Source of the DNA: Lama guanicoe
Taxonomy: Eukaryota
Assembly (NCBI GenBank): GCA_013239625.1
Contig: MU056134.1
Coordinates: 1,686,477 to 1,750,476 of the forward strand
Reading direction: 5' to 3'
DNA length: 64,000 nt
Under the pieces are notes generated by a model, which worked only from the letters and a program-made list of their open reading frames with translations, had not been told where the DNA came from and made no database searches. Made by a program: the position numbers and the translations under genes. Positions 62,860 through 64,000 of the stretch are shown here, in pieces; position 1 is the first letter of the stretch; each line of letters starts with the position of its first letter.

Positions 62860-63417
62860 TGTGGTTTTACCTGTCCAACTCACTCTTACCTTTTCTTCTG
62901 TTAAGAAAACTCCCCACCCCTATTTCAGTGATCTGATCCTCTCCCACTGGAAAGGACTCTTATAGTCATAATACCCACACTGGCCACAGGAATGAGCACC
63001 TGACCCAGGGTGGGCCATCACAGTTCCCCAAGCCCATCCCCATACAGGGACTGATGCAGAGATGGGCATGCGATCTAGGCCAATCAGAGCGCCTACCTGG
63101 GATTCATCTAACTGGAGCTGGTATAAAGGAGCTATTTTTCCCTCTGGAGGAAAAGAGGTTAAGATGTAAACCCACGGTGGTCTGCAACCATGGTTCCAAC
63201 ATCATGGGGAGAGACAGTCCAAGAGAATGAAGCCAACACAGAGAGAGACAAAGACGCCAGAGACAGAGAGGAAGAGAGACCGTTCATGGTCCTGGATCCA
63301 GCTGTTCCTGAGGTCATTTCCGCAGACGGGTTATGCCAGCCAATAAATCCCCCAATCTTGTTTGGCTAATTCAGCCTGGGCTTCTGTCACTTGTCCCCAG
63401 GAGTCCCTGATTAATAC
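62860..63417 (+). mobile_element. Old MLT1 (J/K-like) LTR
   Basis: gatgggcatgcgatctaggccaatcagag; gccaataaatcccc..ttctgtcacttg..ctgattaataca. Confidence 0.75.
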
Positions 63418-64000
63418 ACTGTGCATAAAGTATAATCCCTTTTGGGTTATAATACAGAGAAACAGATGTAGATGCAGATGTAAATATACTGTGTGGGAGG
63501 GTATGCGTTTGGATAGAAAAAAAGACCAGAGGAAATATATTAAATGTTAATAGTGGTTATCTCTGCAAATCTCCCATCTGGGATTGCAGATGATTTTTAT
63601 TTTAGTCTTTGTACTTTTCTACATTTTCCATATTTTCTGCAAGGAACATGGATTTTAAAAATATAAAACATTTCTTTAAAAAATCAGGTTGGCAAGAAGC
63701 AGCCGAGAGAGCACTCACAGGAAGGTTCTGAGCACGTGCAATGGTCAGGGGCAACAGAGATGCCTGCTCTGCATGGTCAGCGCACCCAGGGGTGGCAGCT
63801 GCCTGGCTGGCAGGTCACTGAGGGCATCCATTTTGTGGGCACAAACCCCAACCCTCCATCATGTGGCCACAGGCTCTAGTCTGTGCCCCAGGTCAGCACA
63901 GAGCCAATACTCTCCAGGCTCCTCCTGGACCCCATGCTGAGCCCCTCCCTCATGGCCCCCAGCCACCACCTACCCACACCTAGAGCTCTCAGCCTCCAAG

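Larger units (their letters stand above)
1..64000 (-). other. RAP1GAP2: Internal portion of the RAP1GAP2 gene (exons ~3-8 and introns); gene extends beyond both window edges
   Basis: Six GT-AG exons splice in frame to [92 protein letters not shown]...RRHFLGK-DHLNFYCTGSSLGNLLLSIKCEEAEGTEYLRIILR, recognisable as RAP1GAP2 rather than RAP1GAP. Confidence 0.96.

Noticed and set aside
62884-62905. ttaacag|AAGAAAAG|gtaaga micro-exon-like pattern
   Set aside because: 8 nt would frameshift and it lies at the 5' end of an MLT1 LTR
1-64000. CRISPR array or other prokaryote-type system
   Set aside because: No repeat-spacer arrays or operon-like ORFs; the sequence is mammalian intron-exon DNA throughout

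Overview
Mammalian genomic DNA, most likely camelid: it carries six tRNA-Ala-derived vic-1-type SINEs and cetartiodactyl-type L1 tails. The whole window lies inside RAP1GAP2 (Rap1 GTPase-activating protein 2) on the minus strand. Six consecutive coding exons have GT-AG boundaries and consistent phases: 43548-43632 (85 nt), 8423-8458 (36), 4333-4377 (45), 3571-3603 (33), 2946-3158 (213) and 1633-1736 (104). They correspond approximately to human exons 3-8. The 5' exons lie beyond base 64000 and the rest of the Rap-GAP domain lies before base 1. The remainder is intron rich in transposable elements (L1, HAL1, L2, MIR, MLT1/MER21/ERV LTRs, MER DNA transposons). All seven N-gaps fall within two L1 copies. 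Nearly all ORF-track entries are spurious. I see no wholly new gene system. The best leads are candidate additional exons in the 35-kb intron (annotation status not checkable here). One is a putative alternative first exon (MMDFLKNLL, phase-matched, strong donor, CAG repeat, DR1 and ETS motifs). The others are a candidate 9-nt microexon and a candidate 57-nt cassette exon. All would alter the N-terminus next to the GoLoco-like motif. Repeat family names come from recalled consensus features and their boundaries are approximate.
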